Part shown: positions 59,831-64,000 of the stretch, in pieces
How the letters are laid out: the number at the start of each line of letters is the position of its first letter
Numbering within the stretch: the first letter of the stretch is position 1
Source: the human T2T-CHM13v2.0 reference genome, Homo sapiens
Length of the DNA: 64,000 bases
Direction: 5' to 3' (one strand)
Assembly (NCBI RefSeq): GCF_009914755.1
Contig: NC_060928.1
The notes under the pieces: generated by a model
What the model saw: only the letters and a program-made list of their open reading frames with translations
The model's database searches: none
Told to the model about the DNA's origin: nothing
Made by a program: the position numbers and the translations under genes

Positions 59831-59992
59831 ACCATTGTTGTCTTATTTTAAGAAATTGCCACAGCCACCTCAACCTTCAGCAACCACCACCCTGGTCAAT
59901 CAGCAGCCAACAATATCCAGAAAACACCCTCCACCAGAAAAAATTACAATTTGCTGAAGGCTCAGATGATTGTTATCATTTTTTAGCAATAA

Positions 59993-60311
<319 letters not shown>

Positions 60312-61118
60312 GAGTTATATACATTTTTTAAAAGATACAATGCTACTGCACAGATAGTAGACTACAGTATAGTGTAAACATAACTTTTACAGCACTGGGA
60401 AACCAAAAAATTTATGTGACTCACTTTATTGTGATGTTAGCTTCATTTGCAGTGGTGTGGAACTAAACCTGCAATATTTCTGAGGTATTCCTATACTTTC
60501 CTTCTTTCTAGAACTAACGCTCAGGCTAAAGTTTCATGGTTATATACTTCCACTTGTTTGGAACAATGTACCTGTAAACTGTCCTTTAAAATGCTAACTT
60601 AGTACCTTAATCATTATGGATACTTCAAGCTACCAAGAAGAACCCAAGATCCTCACCTCTTCTAAGAAGACAGAGACTGGTAATTTGAAAATTGCCTTAT
60701 CAAAAGAATATCACAAAACTTACTCTAAGAGCTACTTCCTTTAAATTTTTCTACAATAAAGTAATAATCTAGACAGAAATTAAAAATTTTATTTAACTTT
60801 TATGTCTCCTTTTCTTACTGCCACAGTTTTCATTTTTTAGAACATTATACTCAATAAAGTCTTCAGTGCATATCAAATAAATAATAAATGTCATACACTA
60901 ACAAGACTAGCAATTTGCTTCTGACTTTATTATTTCAAATGACAATAAGCTGATGAGAGTATCAGTCTAATCAACTTGGCATATCAAAAGAAAAATTTAC
61001 TAATTTATACATCCCTACTTCAATGTTCTATATGAAAGAAAAATTTACAACACTACTATGGTTACTGAATTCAATGGACAGCAAATAAATATGGAAACCA
61101 GATAAATATTTTTCCCAC

Positions 61119-61421
61119 CTTTTTTTGTTTGTTTTTAGAGACAGAGTCTCACTCTTGTCACCCAGGTTGAAGGTCAGTGGCACAATTACAATTCACTACA
61201 GCCTCAGCCTCCTCAGGCTCAAGTGATCCTCCCACTGCAGCCTTCTGAGTAGCTGGGTCTATAGGTGCACACCAACACACCTGGTTAATTTTTGTATTTT
61301 TTGTAGAGACGGAGCTTTGCCATGTTGCCCAGTCTGGTCTTGAATTCCTGGACTCAAGCAATTTACCTGCTTCAGCCTCCCGAAGTGTTGGGATTACAGG
61401 TGTAAGCCACCATGTTCAGCC
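61119..61421 (-). mobile_element. Alu (AluJ)
   Basis: Reverse dimer. Confidence 0.88.
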
Positions 61422-62818
61422 CACATATTTTTTATACTTGAAATAAATGCATTACATATTTCAGCAATCTTTAAAGCACTTTCACTACCTAATTATAATT
61501 AGTCAGCCTATATTAATTTAGAACTTAGAAATAATCTTTGCATTTCGTAGGAAAATGTAGTAGTTAAAAGCTTAGAATGCTTGTTTAGACTACCTGGGTT
61601 CCTATATAGTCAATGGTATGATATTGGATAAATTTCTTTTACTTGTATCTTTTTGGGCTGCAGTTTCCTCCCTTGTATAATTGGAATAATAGTACCTATT
61701 TCATATGGTTATTACAAAATTATATAGAGCACTTAGTAAGTATTCAATAAGTGTTATTCATTGATCTGATCTTTATACTTCTCATCCACTGCTAATTTGC
61801 TTCACCAGAGAAATATCAGCATCATTCTAAATGAATTGGCAGTAGGTAACTGTCAGGGTCCTGAACCTGTCACTAACATACTGTGTGATTTGCAGCAAGT
61901 CACTTAGTTTTTCAAATCTCTCCATCTCTCCTTTGAAAATTGTAATCACACCACTTTCTCCTACTCATGAAGCACAGGAGAGGCTGTGCTCGGGAAGGAC
62001 AGACATCATGGAGAACCCCTTTGGGAGGAAGTGATACTACAACAGTTCTTCTCCACCCTCCAGGTAGATGGGGTTGTATGGACTTAAATAATCTATATGA
62101 TATGATTTGGGAATAATATAATAGGGTAATAATGTAAATAAGGCTGAACAAATATAAGATTCTGAGAATTTAATTCCAGAGGTCAACCTAAAAAAAGGTC
62201 CTTTCAATGCATTCCAAGCAACTCTCCTGTCCTAGCATATACAACAAGAAAAACATATGGGAACAGAGGGAGGATATATATGTACTAAATGAGGAAAGGT
62301 TTCCAAAAAAAGTACTTGTCATGGACCCAGGAACTTACAACTTATGAAATTATTTTTATATTATACTTACATAAAGTGATACTATGTTATTTTTCTCAGT
62401 GACTACTAAATATTTAACAGGGAAGTGAAAATAATAGTAATACAGATATATGGATATAATTTAGTTTAGCAAGTATCATGTTTCTGAAGAGATATACATA
62501 CATTTAAAAAATCAAATAATGTTCAAATCACACAGGAAGAGTTTGCTATTTAAAGAAACATTGCTATGAATACTCTAAAAATAGGAAATATTTTATTTTT
62601 GAAGTAAAATTCACACCCTATTAAATTTTGTAGGCAATACTGTATAGGCTTAATATAAGACAAATACATCAGAGAAGGGCCAAAAACGTAATGTAAGGAG
62701 AAAAGTTATACATATATTATATATAATCACATGTAATTCAGGTCTAATTTGGGCCAGAAGAAAAAAGGCATAATATTTAGTTGACCACTATCTTCTCCAA
62801 GCTCCAGAATCAACTTAC

Positions 62819-62913
62819 CAGTGTCAAGCTTCTCTTCATTATTTATTTCCATTACTACAAATTTCTCACAAACCGCAAAGGTTGGCAAAGTAGAAGAAAT
62901 AAACTGCCCAAAT
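62819..62913 (-). CDS. WDFY3: WDFY3 exon w1 (95 nt): FGQFISSTLPTFAVCEKFVVMEINNEEKLDT
   Basis: Acceptor tttgtttaaag|A; donor G|gtaagt; last G joins GA of next exon to give Gly. Confidence 0.92.
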
Positions 62914-63682
62914 CTTTAAACAAAGGAAAACAAGATTATGGATTTTCTTTTTCCTCTTCCCAAAACAAACAACAAAGTACAAAGAAACAAAATACAAAGA
63001 ATAAAAACCAAAACAGTACTTTTTTTTTTTTTCATAATCTCATTTCATTTTATTCACTTGCAGAAAGAAATGCATGTTCTGATCATCTGGAGATTTTAGT
63101 TTCCTTGTTGCCCACTCAGTCCTTCACAGCATACCACCAGCGAGAAAGATAAGAGTAGTGTGGGGGCATGTCTTTGTACTTCTTATCTTAACTAGCCTTT
63201 TAAGGACCATTAGGTGATAATATTTAGTTTGCTTCCTCTTGGACCATCCCAAGTAACATTATATAAAATAATGCTTTTAAAATATGGGGAAAATACAGTT
63301 CTTCGAAATATGAATTCTTTAATGCACTAACATGCAAATGGTTTCAAAAACCAAACAACATGATCCATATTCGAATGTCCTAACATTATCTGGATGGATC
63401 CACTGTAGCCTAGCAGTTAAGAACTTGGGTTTACATATATGATTAAATTCCTGGAGTAGGGGGAACAGGAGAAGAAAAAACATCCTGACTGTATCACATT
63501 CGAATTATGTGACCTGGGGCTTTGTTTCTTCATTTATAAAGTAGGGAAAAAAACAAAAACTTTTACAGGTTTAGGGAATAATTTCAGCAAAGTGACCATT
63601 ACAATGCTAGGAATTGCTTTAAATATACATTCTTGACATAATGATAATTATAATTAATTCTCCAAAATAATTCTTAAGCTAA

Positions 63683-64000
<318 letters not shown>

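Overview
This is primate, almost certainly human, genomic DNA lying entirely inside WDFY3 (ALFY, a BEACH-family selective-autophagy scaffold), transcribed on the minus strand. I traced 22 consecutive internal coding exons from 62913 down to 3144. They total 3288 nt, have GT-AG boundaries, and splice in consistent phase into one open frame of about 1096 codons that ends just after the BEACH-associated PH domain. The introns hold about 30 Alus, a 3.8-kb twin-primed 5'-inverted L1PA2/3 with a 14-bp target-site duplication (TSD), a full-length Tigger1 with nested insertions, MST/THE1/LTR16-type solo LTRs and several MER DNA transposons. One Alu is a near-consensus human-specific AluYa5. I found no convincing new biological system. 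The best leads are splicing-related: a 51-nt cassette exon with downstream QKI/RBFOX motifs, an in-frame alternative donor, a highly atypical GTCTTG donor, two candidate cryptic exons, and inverted Alu pairs flanking frame-preserving exon blocks. Other leads are a strong CTCF motif, two templated-insertion scars and a BAD-like RSRSAP 14-3-3 motif. Repeat family names come from recalled consensus sequences, not a database search.
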